A DNA stretch of 43,505 nucleotides. Origin: Octopus sinensis (taxonomy: Eukaryota). The notes under the pieces are model-generated. The model saw only the letters and a program-made list of their open reading frames with translations, made no database searches and was not told the DNA's origin. The translations under genes and the position numbers were made by a program. This document shows, piece after piece, positions 12,495 through 25,000 of this stretch. The stretch is taken from NCBI RefSeq assembly GCF_006345805.1, contig NW_021835021.1, positions 1 to 43,505 of the forward strand, in the 5' to 3' direction. Position 1 is the stretch's first letter. Each line of letters opens with the position of its first letter.

Positions 12495-12933
12495 TCTCTC
12501 TCTATATAAACGGCAGTTTGTCTGTCTGTGTGTCTGTGTGTCTGTCAGGTTGTACCCTTACCCTGACCACGGCTTTCAACCGATTCTGATGAAACTTGAC
12601 ACACACATAGCCCAATGTCATAATGCAAAACTAACGCAGCGAAAATTTTGAAAAGTTCCCCCAGTTCTGAAAAAAATCGATAAATTCGACATGGGGTCGA
12701 GAATCTAAGCTTTTTATATGCAACACATTTTCTGTCTAGGGGACACAACTCAACCTTTTTATCGCCCAAAGGGACAGCTAGGAACATCGTATACACAGAA
12801 GTATTCGAGTGAAGAGAAGACATTGCAACCTACACATGCGCCTTCGTTCCCTAGAGGGAAAGGACTAGATTGGGTTAGTCGTTGCCTACTAGGGGCTCTT
12901 ACTTATCCGGGCAACGCCGGGCTATGCTGCTAG
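12495..12933 (+). mobile_element. Non-autonomous Helitron
   Basis: Starts TC after a host A, ends CTAG before a host T, and has a GC-rich subterminal hairpin CCGGGC-AAC-GCCGGG about 10 nt from the 3' end. No TSD. A second copy lies at 39786-40158. Confidence 0.8.
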
Positions 12934-12946
12934 TATATATATATAT

Positions 12947-12999
<53 letters not shown>

Positions 13000-13248
13000 T
13001 TTGAATTTACCTCACGGACCTACCTTTGCGGACCACCAGGGGTCGACCTTGGACCCCTGGTTGGGAACCACTGTTGTAAAACAATAACCACAACATGAAC
13101 AACAACAACAATAACAGCAGCAACAACAGAATAAAACAACAAGAACTACAACAATTACTAGGATTGCAACAACACAAACAATAACTATAAAAAATGCATA
13201 CCATACCATACCATACTACAAACACCTCCACCACCACCACCACCACCG

Positions 13249-13254
<6 letters not shown>

Positions 13255-13316
<62 letters not shown>
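13255..13316 (+). repeat. (CTA)n microsatellite
   Basis: Directly visible. Confidence 0.95.
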
Positions 13317-13912
13317 GCTGCAGTGTGTGTTGGTGTGCAGTGGAGTGGGAAGCGGTTGGCTATATGATTAGAGAAAGTGAAAAAGCTAGTTAGGTTTTAC
13401 GAGTGATTAAGTGAGGATTTGTGTTGGTTCATTAGAATAATATAAAGTGATGATGTGTTCTGGGTGGAGCTATCGGTGTCAGGGGTAGACTACAGGTGGG
13501 AAGGCAGGGTAGCTATTAGTGGTGAAACACAGGTAAATAGAAGATATAATAAGGAAGTTTTTTGTTGATGTGTGTAAAGAACGAATGATAAACATGGCGA
13601 TGGTGTTTGTTTGGTGGAGGAGGAGGCGGAGGAGGAGGGAGGAGGAGTGTGGTGGCGGTGGTAGTGGTGGTGGCGGTGTCTGTTATGTGTGTGTGTATGT
13701 ATGTGTGTGTGTTTGTGTGTACACATAGGGAATTGGAAAATATACATACACACAAACACTTACACGCACTCGCACACATATCTATATACTCATATATACA
13801 AACGTGGTGATATTTGCGTATTTGTGTATGTCTGTGTATATAAATTCCATCTATTTAACTGTCTGTGTGTCTATCTATTTAATTATCAATCTATCTATCT
13901 ATTAATCCCCCC

Positions 13913-13964
<52 letters not shown>

Positions 13965-13979
13965 AGAGAGAGAGAGAGT

Positions 13980-14143
13980 GAGGCACTGGCGCGGTTGTTT
14001 GGTAAGAAATTTACTTTTCACCCATATGGTTCCGAGTTCAGTCCCAACACCTAGTACCTAGGCCAAGTGTTTTCTATTATAGTATCGGGCCGACCCAAGC
14101 CTTGTGAGTGGATTTAGAGGACGGAAAATGAAAGAAGCCCGTC
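13980..14143 (+). mobile_element. SINE family B, 5' half (diverged)
   Basis: Similar to 12056-12202, ending GGAAAATGAAAGAAGCCCGTC and followed by microsatellite. Confidence 0.75.
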
Positions 14144-14208
14144 ACACACTCACACAATACATATATACATACATACATACATACATACATACATACATAC
14201 ATGTATAT

Positions 14209-14293
<85 letters not shown>

Positions 14294-14319
14294 TGTGTGT
14301 GTGTCTGTGTGTGTCTGTG

Positions 14320-14350
<31 letters not shown>

Positions 14351-14852
14351 ATATATAATATATATAGATACATATATATATATATTTATATAAATGCATA
14401 TAAATACACATACACACACATACACACACTCACACGCATTACATACATACATATGGTGAAATCTAATATAGATATAAAAATGAATGTAAAATATACCCGG
14501 AAACATAAATATTGCGATTAAAATTATTTATTTTAATTCATCCCAGACACACTTCATTCCATCTTTGCCAGCTGGAAAAAAGAATTCTGTGCGAATTTCA
14601 TTGCTATCCGTCTGCAACTTGGGTTGCTCCATGTTGTTGATTGGAAGAAATTGCGAGTGGGGTGGGGGGATTGTCGGCGGCTGTGGCGATGTCGTATTGT
14701 TTTACCGACTGATGATCCTGTCCAGAGACCGAAACTTACAGAGAATAAACATACAAACTGCTATATACACCGGCGGAGTCTTCCTTCTCTGTATTTTACA
14801 AATAGGAGGCAGGATCCGCTCGTGAGAGCTTGAAGTTTCATATTTCTCAATA

Positions 14853-15283
14853 TAGGCGCCGATATGACTGTGTTGTTAAGAAGCTCGCCTTACAATCACG
14901 TGGTTTCGGGTTCGGTTCCACTGCCTGGCGTTGTGGCCAAGTGTTTTCTACAATAGCTCCGGGTTGCTCAATGCTTTATCAGTGAATTCAGCAGTTGGAA
15001 ACTGTGTGGAAACCCGTCGCACACACACATACATATATATATATATATGTGTGTGTGCGTGTGTGTGTGTGTTTGGTGATGCAAACAAGCAAGTTAAAAC
15101 TCAAAACATTAATATTTAACAGAAGCAACAGAGTGATCCAAGGGCCGAGAGATGCTAATACACGAGGCCCTCGGCCCCTGAGTCACTCTGAATGAAATAC
15201 ATGGGATTGTTTGTACCATTCGCTGTGATTAGCCAGAGCTTGGATTAGATTAGAATACTCGAATGGTATTATTATTATTGTCC

Positions 15284-15356
<73 letters not shown>

Positions 15357-15364
15357 ATCTATCA

Positions 15365-15429
<65 letters not shown>

Positions 15430-15449
15430 TCTATCTGTCTGTCTGTCTT

Positions 15450-15511
<62 letters not shown>

Positions 15512-15524
15512 ATATCTATCTATG

Positions 15525-15577
<53 letters not shown>

Positions 15578-15820
15578 GTCATATGGGTGCGTGTATCTGT
15601 GTGTATTTGTGTTCATGTTTGCCCACCTCACCGACTGACAAACAGCGTTGGCTTGTTTACGTCCTCGAAACTTAGCACTTCAGCAAAAAATACCGATAGA
15701 ATAAGTACCAGAATTTCAAAAAGCAAGTATGGAATCGATTCATTCGATCAAAAACTGTTGAAGACAGTGTGCTGCAGCATGGTCGCAGTCCAGTGACTGA
15801 AACAAATATAAGATAAAAAT
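14853..15820 (+). mobile_element. Old SINE family B copy split into head (14853-15020) and 3' half (15617-15820)
   Basis: Both halves align by eye to the 12056 copy. The roughly 600 bp between them is microsatellite plus unrelated sequence. Confidence 0.55.
15283..15578 (+). repeat. (TCTA)n/(TCTG)n microsatellite
   Basis: Directly visible. Confidence 0.95.
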
Positions 15821-16224
15821 GGAAATATATTTACGCCATAAAATAGTGGAAAGTAGATCGTGTTAGAATTCATGGTTCTCTTATCCGTAAGATTCAAAAT
15901 GGTGGCTTGCAAAATCAACTCGTCACGCCTCAGTATAAAACGGTCCCATTTGACGCGTGGATAAAATATATCGGAAATGCTTTGCTCCCTGCAAAAACTG
16001 CAAGGCCTACTCAGACGTATTTCAGACAATCACCAGAAGGTATCTCTGAGTCGTAAGCGTTTCGCTCCTTATCCTGCACACTTTGCCTGAGAGTGATCGC
16101 TAGGTATCAATGGCTGAAGTTTCTAAAAGATTCTTTTCCTCTCTGACGGTGAAACAAAAGGTAGTGAGAGGAACACACGTGCGCCCGGTAAATGTCTTTT
16201 CGATATCATAATTTGTATTTCCCA

Positions 16225-16635
16225 GTAAGGCAGCGAGTAGGCACACCGGACGAAATGCTACAGAGCATTTTGTCCGTCTTTACGTTTTGAGTTCCAATTC
16301 CGTCGAGCTCGACTTTGCCTTTCATCCTTTCAGGATCGATAAAACAAGTTCCAGTCGAGTACTGGATCGATGTAATCGATTAGACCCCACCACCACCACC
16401 ACCACCACCACCACCACACGCACGCAAGTTCAGGGCTCGTGCCTATTGTAGAAAGGGATTGTTTGTACTTTCTAAGGCGGTGAGCAGGCAGAATCGTTAG
16501 CTTCACAGCATTTCTTCCGGCTTTTTACGTTCCGAGTTCCACTTCCGCCGAGGCCGACTTTGTCACTCATCTTTTCGGTTTCTGAAATAAGGAGCAGCCG
16601 AGCCCTGTAATCGACTAACAATTCGCCCAAAATTG
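16225..16635 (+). mobile_element. Two adjacent diverged SINE family A copies (about 16225-16458 and 16476-16635)
   Basis: Both carry the AAGGC.G.GAG..GGCA head and the TTACGTT..GAGTTCCA.TTCCG..GAG..CGACTTTG body. Confidence 0.75.
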
Positions 16636-16636
16636 T

Positions 16637-16696
<60 letters not shown>

Positions 16697-16769
16697 GAAG
16701 GTGGGTAGGTAGGTAGGTAGGTAGGTAGGGAGGTAGGTAGGTAGGTAGGTAGGTAAGTAGGTGGGTAGG

Positions 16770-16850
<81 letters not shown>
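16637..16850 (+). repeat. (TAGA)n/(TAGG)n microsatellite
   Basis: Directly visible. Confidence 0.95.
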
Positions 16851-17334
16851 TACATATATTCATATATATATATGTATATATACGTTTACGTAGACAATTG
16901 TATAAAGAATTCAGATGGCTTATTCCCGTGGGTATAAAATATAAGAAATAAAAGAGAGTTGAACATGGCGTCTGTGGGGAAGCCTTTTGTTGGATTGCGT
17001 TGTGTAATGTTTGGCAGATGAGACGAAACCTCTGTGTGTGTGTGTATATCTGTATAGGTATATATGTACAGAGATGTGTGTGTCTGGGCATGTGTATGTA
17101 TAGGTGTTCATATATATATATATGGAACTGGGTGGCGGCAATGTGAGCCGAAAGCCAGATGGTGCCATGTCAAAATCACTGGACCAATTTCTGATTAATG
17201 TTTCTACGAGAGACAGTCTTTAAGATCTCCGCCCTAGGTTTGCTTTGTAAACACATTGTGTGTTGTTCTAATGCTGTGATGGAGGTTGTCAGATATTGAG
17301 GGGGGTGGGTGGGTGTGTGTGTGTTGTCAAATAT

Positions 17335-17445
17335 GTGGACAGGGGGACAGGGGGACAGGTGGATAAGTGGACAGGTAGACAAGTGGATAGGCGGACAAGC
17401 AGAAAAGTTGACAAGAGGACAACATGAACAGTTGAACAGATGGAC
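17335..17445 (+). repeat. Degenerate 8-bp minisatellite (GGACAGGT/GGATAAGT)
   Basis: Repeated GGACAG/GGATAA/GGACAA at roughly 8-bp spacing. Confidence 0.6.
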
Positions 17446-17740
17446 ACGAGATCAGTTAAATAGCTTAGTATCAATAATGTGAGGTGACAAATTGGTGGGG
17501 TACGATACAAGGTATAGCAAGGGTGGCATCTTGATTTACAAGTTCAAACCATTCGAAAGGCTTCTATACAGTTTCCGTCTATGGAACCCATACATTCATT
17601 CATATGTGTTCATATATGTGTGTGTGTGTATACATACACGTCTGCAGACACACATACATGTATACACACACGCACACACACAGACACGCGCTCTCTCTCT
17701 CGCGCACACACGCACACTTTTTTATAAAAGTTGCAAAAAC

Positions 17741-17795
17741 ATCACAAAAAATTTTACTCAGGGTTTCACATTTTCGTTCGTCAGACATTTGTGAT
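17741..17795 (-). ncRNA. Hammerhead-like motif with bulged stem I
   Basis: Minus strand reads AUCACAAAUGU-CUGACGA-ACG-AAAA-UGU-GAAA-CCCUGAG-U-A-AAAUUUUUUGUGAU. The core is intact; stem III is poor. Confidence 0.45.
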
Positions 17796-17865
17796 CAAGA
17801 CTGAAATAAAATTGTGGTGGCACATGTAAAGTATGTATGTATATGCATATATATATATGTGTGTG

Positions 17866-17918
<53 letters not shown>

Positions 17919-18388
17919 GTGTGTGTGTGTGTACCCGCAAGCGTGCATGTGTGTGCGTTACGTGGATAAAACAATGTGGGTTCAGTTTTGGTCCCATGAA
18001 CCAAGTATCCCTAAACTTCAAGAGAGAAGTTTTGTCCCCACTCTGGATCACATTGATTTTAACGTAAGAATTACGTTAAAGGTACGCAATATTTTTCGCC
18101 GCCATTCGCGTAGCAAGGGTATCGCGATTGGCGAAGAAATGAGTTTGACAAACCTAACTAACGAATGATTGATCCAACGATTGATCAGACAGTCGATCAG
18201 TTAATTAGTTAAAAATTTAACTCGATGTCTATTAATATAAAAGAAGTGAGACAGAATCAGTGCGTGTGTTTATTATTGGTATAATGACCAACACAAAATA
18301 CAAAAAAAATGTGTTTCAACTGACTCGTTCTTCCAAGAATCTTGTAAACCAAATACAAAAACGAAAATCTGTTTTCTTTACAGTATCA

Positions 18389-18435
<47 letters not shown>

Positions 18436-20239
18436 TGTGTGTGTGTGTGCGTGTATGAGTGCGTGTGTGTTGGTCGGTTTGTTTATATGTCTGTATATGT
18501 GGGTACCTATGTTTATGAGGGTCTGAGTTTATACGTGTGCATATATGATACATGTGTGCGTATATATATTATATATATATAGCATGTGTGAGTGTTTGTG
18601 TATACATATGTATGTATGTGAGTGTGTTTGTTAATGTATGTAGATAAATATGTTTATGTATGTATATATGTGGATATGTGTATGAATGTGTGTGTGTGTG
18701 TATGTATGTGTGTGCGTGCTTCTTTTTAGTCGTGGGCTTATATAGATATATGTAAATATCTGTACGTGTGTGTGAATGTATTTCTGTGTTGTTAATGTGT
18801 GTAAGGGCGAGTATATATGTGTATATGTGTGTGTGTGTGTATGTGCATACGAGTCTGTCTGTGTGTTTATGTGTGTATGTGAGTTATTATTTTAGGTAAG
18901 TGCGCGTACGTGGGTGGGTGCGTTCAAACGTGTATTTAAGTACATATGTGTATATGTATATGTGTTTAAGTCTGTTTATATATGTGTGTGTATGTATAGG
19001 TGTATATGTGAGTGTATGTATGTATGCATGCATGTATGTAGGGGGTGTGTATGTAGGGTGTGTGTATGTAGGGGTGTCTATATACCCCCTCATATCTAAT
19101 ATCAAAGTATTTTATAAATATAAACAGATCTGATTATATTAGGGAGAAGAAAAAATATCCTCTTTTGTTAGGTGCAGGACTAATGGTGGCGGTGGTGATG
19201 GTGGAGCAGGGGTAAGGGTAATGGTGGTGGAGGAGTTCGGAGAATATGAAGGTGGAGAGTGTTGTAGTGGTGGTGGTATTTTTGTGTGGGGTGGGGGGTG
19301 GGGGCGTGATGGCCGTGGTGGTGATGGTGGTTGTTACGAGGATGGTGATGGTGGAGATGATGGTTGTAAGAGACCATGACGACGATGATGATGATGACTA
19401 TGTGGCGGTGGTGGTGGTGGTGATGGGATAATCGTTGTGGTAGTTGTGGAGTGGTTGGGTGTGTTGAATTGCAATATGGTTGTGGTGGTAGCTGTGGTGG
19501 TCACCATTATGCTGGTTGTAGTGTTGGTGGTGGTATCGGTAGTGGTAATGATGGTTATGTTGGTGGTGATGGCGGTGTTGGCTGTCGTTCTGCAGTTCGT
19601 GGTGGTGGTGGTAGTAGTCATCGTCATGATTCTGGTCATAGTAATAGTAGTAGTAGTAGTAGTGATGGTAGTAGTAGTACAAGTAGTAGTAGTAGTGATG
19701 GTGGTAGTGGCATATTGATAGCATTTTAGCAATGATGATCTTTGTGATATTGCCCTGTGTGTTGATCTCCGGCGGCGGTGGGAAGGGAGCAGTATTTGTG
19801 GTAGTGGTGGTGGTGGTGGTAGTGGTGCTGGTGCTGGCGGTAGTCGTCGTGTAGTAAGCAATCGGGTGGCCCCTGCCACCCCATTTCAAGCTATCGCCCC
19901 CTACTCTTCTGTCGTACTCCGTAGCACTTCAAAAGCTAATTTCGATCGAGATAACAATGGCAGCCATTGTTTGCTTCACTGGAATCGGTTTATATGATTG
20001 CTTCTGACGCTGGCAGCGTTGGCCGTGAAATTCAAAACCCACCACTTCGTTTCTACGTGCTATTGTTGTTGTTATTGTTGTTTCTTTCTTCCGCCGCCAT
20101 CATATTATCTCCCTGCTATCATGTCGGAATGTCAATTGCAGGCTTCGATAAAATGGTTACTTTATCTTATTTTTGAACAGATTAGAGCCGCTGTTTGCGA
20201 TGTATGTAAGTGTGTATACATACATTATGTATACAATCA

Positions 20240-20318
<79 letters not shown>

Positions 20319-20537
20319 TATATATACGTACACACCTGTTTATACATAGTGTATATACCTACAAATACATATATACATATATACATATATACATTTGTTT
20401 GTATGTATGTGTATGTTTTTCATGTGTGTGTGTGAATATATATATATATATATATATACTAGTATCAATAAGCTCCTTTGACCTCTAGGTCCTCATTAGA
20501 TTTATTTTTTCGCCTAAATATTGTCATTTGACATGCA

Positions 20538-20574
<37 letters not shown>

Positions 20575-20600
20575 TAATAATAATAATAATAATAATAATA

Positions 20601-20914
20601 GATTGAGAAATACCAGCCACTGCGGGACGAGATAAGAAAGTTATGGGGCATGAGGAAAGTAATATTGATACCGGTGGTAATTGGAGTAATAGAAGCAGTT
20701 TTCAAGGGCTTTAAAATACATATTAAGAATATTGGATCTGCTGTCAGGTTCGAGGTGATCCAGAAGACAGCGCCGTTGGGTAAAGCTCGCACTCTAAGGA
20801 GAGTATTGTCTCTTTGAGTCACGGGAGAATGCACTACTTGAAACTTTTGGTGATTTGTTAATGCCTGCTTTCAAGTAAAGAATAACTGGTAATTAAAAAT
20901 TATCCGAGTCTTCC
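20601..20914 (+). mobile_element. R4/Dong-type 3' fragment flanked by (TAA)n
   Basis: Plus-strand translation IEKYQPLRDEIRKLWGMRKVILIPVVIGVIEAV...IQKTAPLGKARTLRRVLSL* (stop at 20815-20817) matches the REL endonuclease C-terminus. TAA tracts lie on both sides. Confidence 0.85.
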
Positions 20915-20921
20915 ATAATAG

Positions 20922-20972
20922 ATAATAATAATAAAATAATATAATAATAATAATAATAATCATAATAATAAT

Positions 20973-21012
<40 letters not shown>

Positions 21013-21045
21013 TTAATATAATAATAATAATATAATATAATAATA

Positions 21046-21110
<65 letters not shown>

Positions 21111-21133
21111 TTAATAATAATAATAATAATAAT

Positions 21134-21178
<45 letters not shown>
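20922..21178 (+). repeat. (TAA)n tract between two Dong copies
   Basis: Directly visible. Confidence 0.95.
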
Positions 21179-23217
21179 TGCCGGAGCAAAAACAAAAACC
21201 TGAGTATGGCATGGATAGACTACAGGAAAGCGTATGACAGTGTCCCACATAAATGGATACTCAAGGCCCTTGAGATATACAAGATCTCCCCTGTCGTCTC
21301 AAAATTCTTAGAGAATAGCATGACCATGTGGAACACACGTCTCTTTCTAAGCCATAGTAATGGGATGAGCCAGTCCAACAGCATCAACATCAAACGAGGC
21401 ATCTTTCAAGGTGACTCCCTCTCCATTACTTTTTTGCATGGCACTGATCCCACTCTCAAACGAATTGGATAGTGCCAGATATGGGTACAAAGTTTTTAGC
21501 AAGTTAATAAACCACCTTTTTTATATGGACGATCTAAAGCTGTTTGCCAAGAATGACCAAGAGCTAGAAGGGCTGCTAACAACTGTTAAAGAGTTTAGCA
21601 ATGATATCGGAATGGATTTTGGCCTTGATAAGTGTGCTAAAGCAACTTTTGTAAGAGGCAAGCTCAGGCAAACAGCTTCTGTTAAATTAGATATTGACAC
21701 TACCATCAAGGAACTTGACCCACAAGAAAGCTACAAATACCTAGGAATCAACGAAGGAGATGGTATACATCATGCTACTATGAAGGAAAAAATAAGAAAG
21801 GAGTACTATAGGAGAATAAGGCTTGTACTGAAGACTGAACTCAACTCCAAAAATTGCATTGAGGCCATTAACACCCTGGCACTTCCAGTAGTCCAGTACA
21901 GTTTTAACATCATTAACTGGAACCTTACGGAACTCCAACGCTTGGACAGGAAGACAAGAAAGTTACTGACATCCAGGAGCATGCACCACCCTAAGGCAGA
22001 TGTAGACCGCTTGTACCTACCTAGAAGCAGCGGGGGGAGAGGAATGATGCAATTGGAGCTGTGCTATAAGACCTCTACTGTAGGAATGAACAGGTACCTA
22101 TCTAGTACAAAAGACTGGATGCTGCGACTTGTGTGTGAACACGAAAGCAGCAAAAAGCTGCATTCTATTGTCAAGGAAGCTTATAAGTTCGAAAGGGAAC
22201 TAGGCATTAACCTTGAATCAGGTGAAGAGCCAGAAACCGCTGCTACCAAGCAAGCAAAGCGAATCAGGCAGACTGCAAAAAAGAACGGGCAGAATCAAAT
22301 TGAGAGGCGGTGGAGCCAGAAGCCCCTGCATGGACAATACATTCTCCGAAGCCAAAATGCTGATGTAGACCAAGCAACAACCCATCAGTGGCTGAAGAGT
22401 TCTGGATTGAAAGCAGAGACTGAAGGCTTCATAATGGCAGCACAAGATCAAAGCTTGTTTACCAGAAATTACCAGGCTAACGTTCTCCGAAACGGTACTG
22501 ACCCTAAATGCAGATTCTGTGACACATTGACGAAACAATAGACCATCTCGTTTCGTGATGTCCTGTGCTGACACCAAACGAATACAAAAATCGCCACGAT
22601 AGGGTAGGACAGTATATACATTGGAAGATATGTAAACACTACAAATCCGACACTCCTGCTAACTGGTATGAACACCATCCTCAGCCAGTTGTTGAAGTAA
22701 AGATGTCACCATCCTCTGGGATTTTCCAGTCAACACTGACAGAACGATCAAGGCCAATCGACCAGACATAATTGTTAAAGACAGGGAAGAAAATACCTGC
22801 AGACTAATAGAAGTAAGCGTCCCCACTGATAAAAATGTATCTGTCAAGGAATTTGACAAACTTAGTAAATATAAGGACCTGGAAATCGAAATACAGAGGA
22901 TGTGGAATCTTAAAACAAAAACTGTTCCTGTTATTGTAGGTGCCCTAGGTATGATAAAAAAGGGATGTCAGAAACACCTAGACAATATCCCTGGAAAACC
23001 ATGTCTCAGGAAATCCAAAAGATTGTGCTAACAAGTACTGCCCACATCCTTAGAAAAACCCTATCAATGTAAATGTTTGTGTTTGCATTACATGGAGATA
23101 TATCTCCCCAAGCTTTCAGCTATATTTCAACAACTCTTAACCTTCACTTGCCCTAGGGCGCTGGGTGTGCCCCGGCAGGTGATTGCATCAAACATGCAGA
23201 TTAAAAGTAAATGACAA
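21179..23217 (+). mobile_element. 5'-truncated R4/Dong-clade non-LTR retrotransposon (RT, CCHC zinc knuckle, restriction-like endonuclease), pseudogenised
   Basis: Motifs: AWIDYRKAYDSVPH, GIFQGDSLSP, HLFYMDDLKL, YKYLG, CRFC..ETIDHLVS.C, RHDRV, NRPDIIV..LIEVSVP..KLSKYKDL. Frameshifts near 21420, 22535, 22700 and 23008, an in-frame stop near 22555, and the terminal stop at 23070-23072. (TAA)n lies on both sides. Confidence 0.95.
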
Positions 23218-23219
23218 TG

Positions 23220-23259
<40 letters not shown>

Positions 23260-23260
23260 G

Positions 23261-23640
23261 TCTTAACTATAGGCACAGAGCTTGGAATTTGAGGTAGGGA
23301 GAGGGTAGTCGATTACATCGACCCCAGTGCTTAACTGTTACTTATTTAATCGGCCCCGAAAGGATGAAAGGCAAAGTCGACCTCGGCTGAATTTGAACTC
23401 AGAAGGTAAAGGCGGATGAAATGCCGCTGGGCATTTTGCCCGGGTGGCCAGCTGGCAGAATCGCGGTTCGCTTAGCGGCGTTTCGCCCGTCTTTACGTTC
23501 TGAGTTCAAATTCCGCTGAGGATGACTTTGTCCTTCCATCGTTTCGGGGTCTAGAAGATATAGCGACAGTGAATTATTAGGGGTCGATGTAATCGATTAG
23601 ATCCTTCCCAATAAAAATTTCAAGCCTTGTGACTCTAGAA
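23261..23640. mobile_element. Head-to-head pair of SINE family A copies (minus 23261-23445, plus 23446-23640)
   Basis: GAATTTGAACTCAGAA at about 23390 and its reverse complement TTCTGAGTTCAAATTC at about 23498; both tails are recognisable. Confidence 0.8.
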
Positions 23641-24149
23641 TACGGGAAAACAAATAGTATTCCATCTAAAAGAACATGGTTAGTGTTAGCTAAAATTAAT
23701 AGAATTAAGACACTAGCTAGTATTAATTAGTATAAATTAATATCCGTATGACATTAATTAATACTAATTAGAATTTGGTATTTCACATAGTTAATTGGTT
23801 GGTATTAGTATTAATTAATACAAGTAAGACTCCAGGTGAGTCATTAGCAAAATTTATTTAATATTTCTTAGTAGAAGTGATATTTGTATTACCCCACGTG
23901 GTTCTCGAAAAATGTTTCACCTGAATTAACAAGTAAATTGGTTAATATTAGTTAGTATTCGTTGGCCCGTATAGGACCAATGTTGATTAGTATTAGTTAG
24001 TTAGTATTAATTGATATCAGAAATATTAATAGCATTAATTAGTATGAGTAAGTAATTCTTAGACCACATTAGCTATTAGTATTAATATGTCCAAATGAGA
24101 CATTACTTAGTATTATTAATTAATTGGCAGGAATTAGTTAATATTGACT

Positions 24150-24360
24150 TCAGATTTTGGCACAAGACCGGCAATTTTAGGGGGGGGGGCGCAGTCGCTA
24201 CTACATCGACCCTAGTTTTTAACTGGTACTTATTTTATCGACCTCGAAAGGATGAAGGGCAAAGTCAACCTCAGAGGAATTTGAATTCAGAACGTAAACA
24301 CGGACGATATGCTTAGAAGCATTTCGTCCGACATGCTGACGATTCTGCTAGCTCACCGCT
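24150..24360 (-). mobile_element. SINE family A
   Basis: Reverse complement of head and body, ending GATTCTGCTAGCTCACCGCT on the plus strand. Confidence 0.8.
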
Positions 24361-24669
24361 TTTTAGTTAGTTAATATTAACAGTTGGTATTAATTAGTTA
24401 GTTTACATAAGTTCATATGATACATCAGTTAGTATCAATTCTAGTAATTGGTATCAAAAACATTAATTAACATTAAGCAAGTGTTTGTTAATTAATGTAA
24501 GGTGTTAGTTAATATTAGTCCATGTTAAATATTAATATTCATATTAGTCTTACTAAATGTAAGTTATCAGATACTATTAATACGTATAAATTAGTCATTG
24601 TAAAACATTATAAATATTGGTCAATGTGAGGAGGGAGCTTAGTGTTAATGTTAGTATTATTATTATTAA

Positions 24670-25000
24670 GGCGGCGAGCTGGCTGAAACGTTAGAACGCC
24701 GGGCAAAATGCTTAGCGGTATTTCGTCTTTCTTTACGTGTTGAGTTCAAATTCCGCCGAGGTCGACTTTGCCTTTCATCCCTTCGGGGTCGATTAAATAA
24801 GTACCAGTTACGCACTTGGGTCGATATAATCGACATAATCCATTTGTCTGTCCTTGTTTGTCCCTTCTGTGTTTAGCCCTTTGTGGGTAGTAAAGAAATA
24901 GGTATTTCGTCTGCCGTTACGTTCTGAGTCGGCCTCGGTGGAATTTGAACTCAGAACGTAAAGATGGACGAAATGCCGCTAAGCATTTTGCCTCGCTCGC
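24670..25000 (+). mobile_element. SINE family A with the start of a second tandem unit, fused to an inverted family A head fragment (24932-25000)
   Basis: GGCGGCGAGCTGGC head, then the junction GTGGGTAGTAAAGAAATAGGTATTTCGTC as in the 5712-6285 array, then GGAATTTGAACTCAGAACGT in the opposite orientation. Confidence 0.85.

Noticed and set aside
14705-14745. CTGATGA...CGAAAC hammerhead-like string
   Set aside because: No closing pair for stem II, no stem III, and no stem I complement.
19180-19889. Long Thr/His/Val-rich ORFs on both strands
   Set aside because: They derive from degenerate (GGT)n/(AGT)n/(GAT)n repeats, with no splice or domain support.
23660-24660. AT-rich region with recurring ATTAGT/TTAATATT words
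   Set aside because: No stable period or defined ends; treated as degenerate low-complexity sequence.
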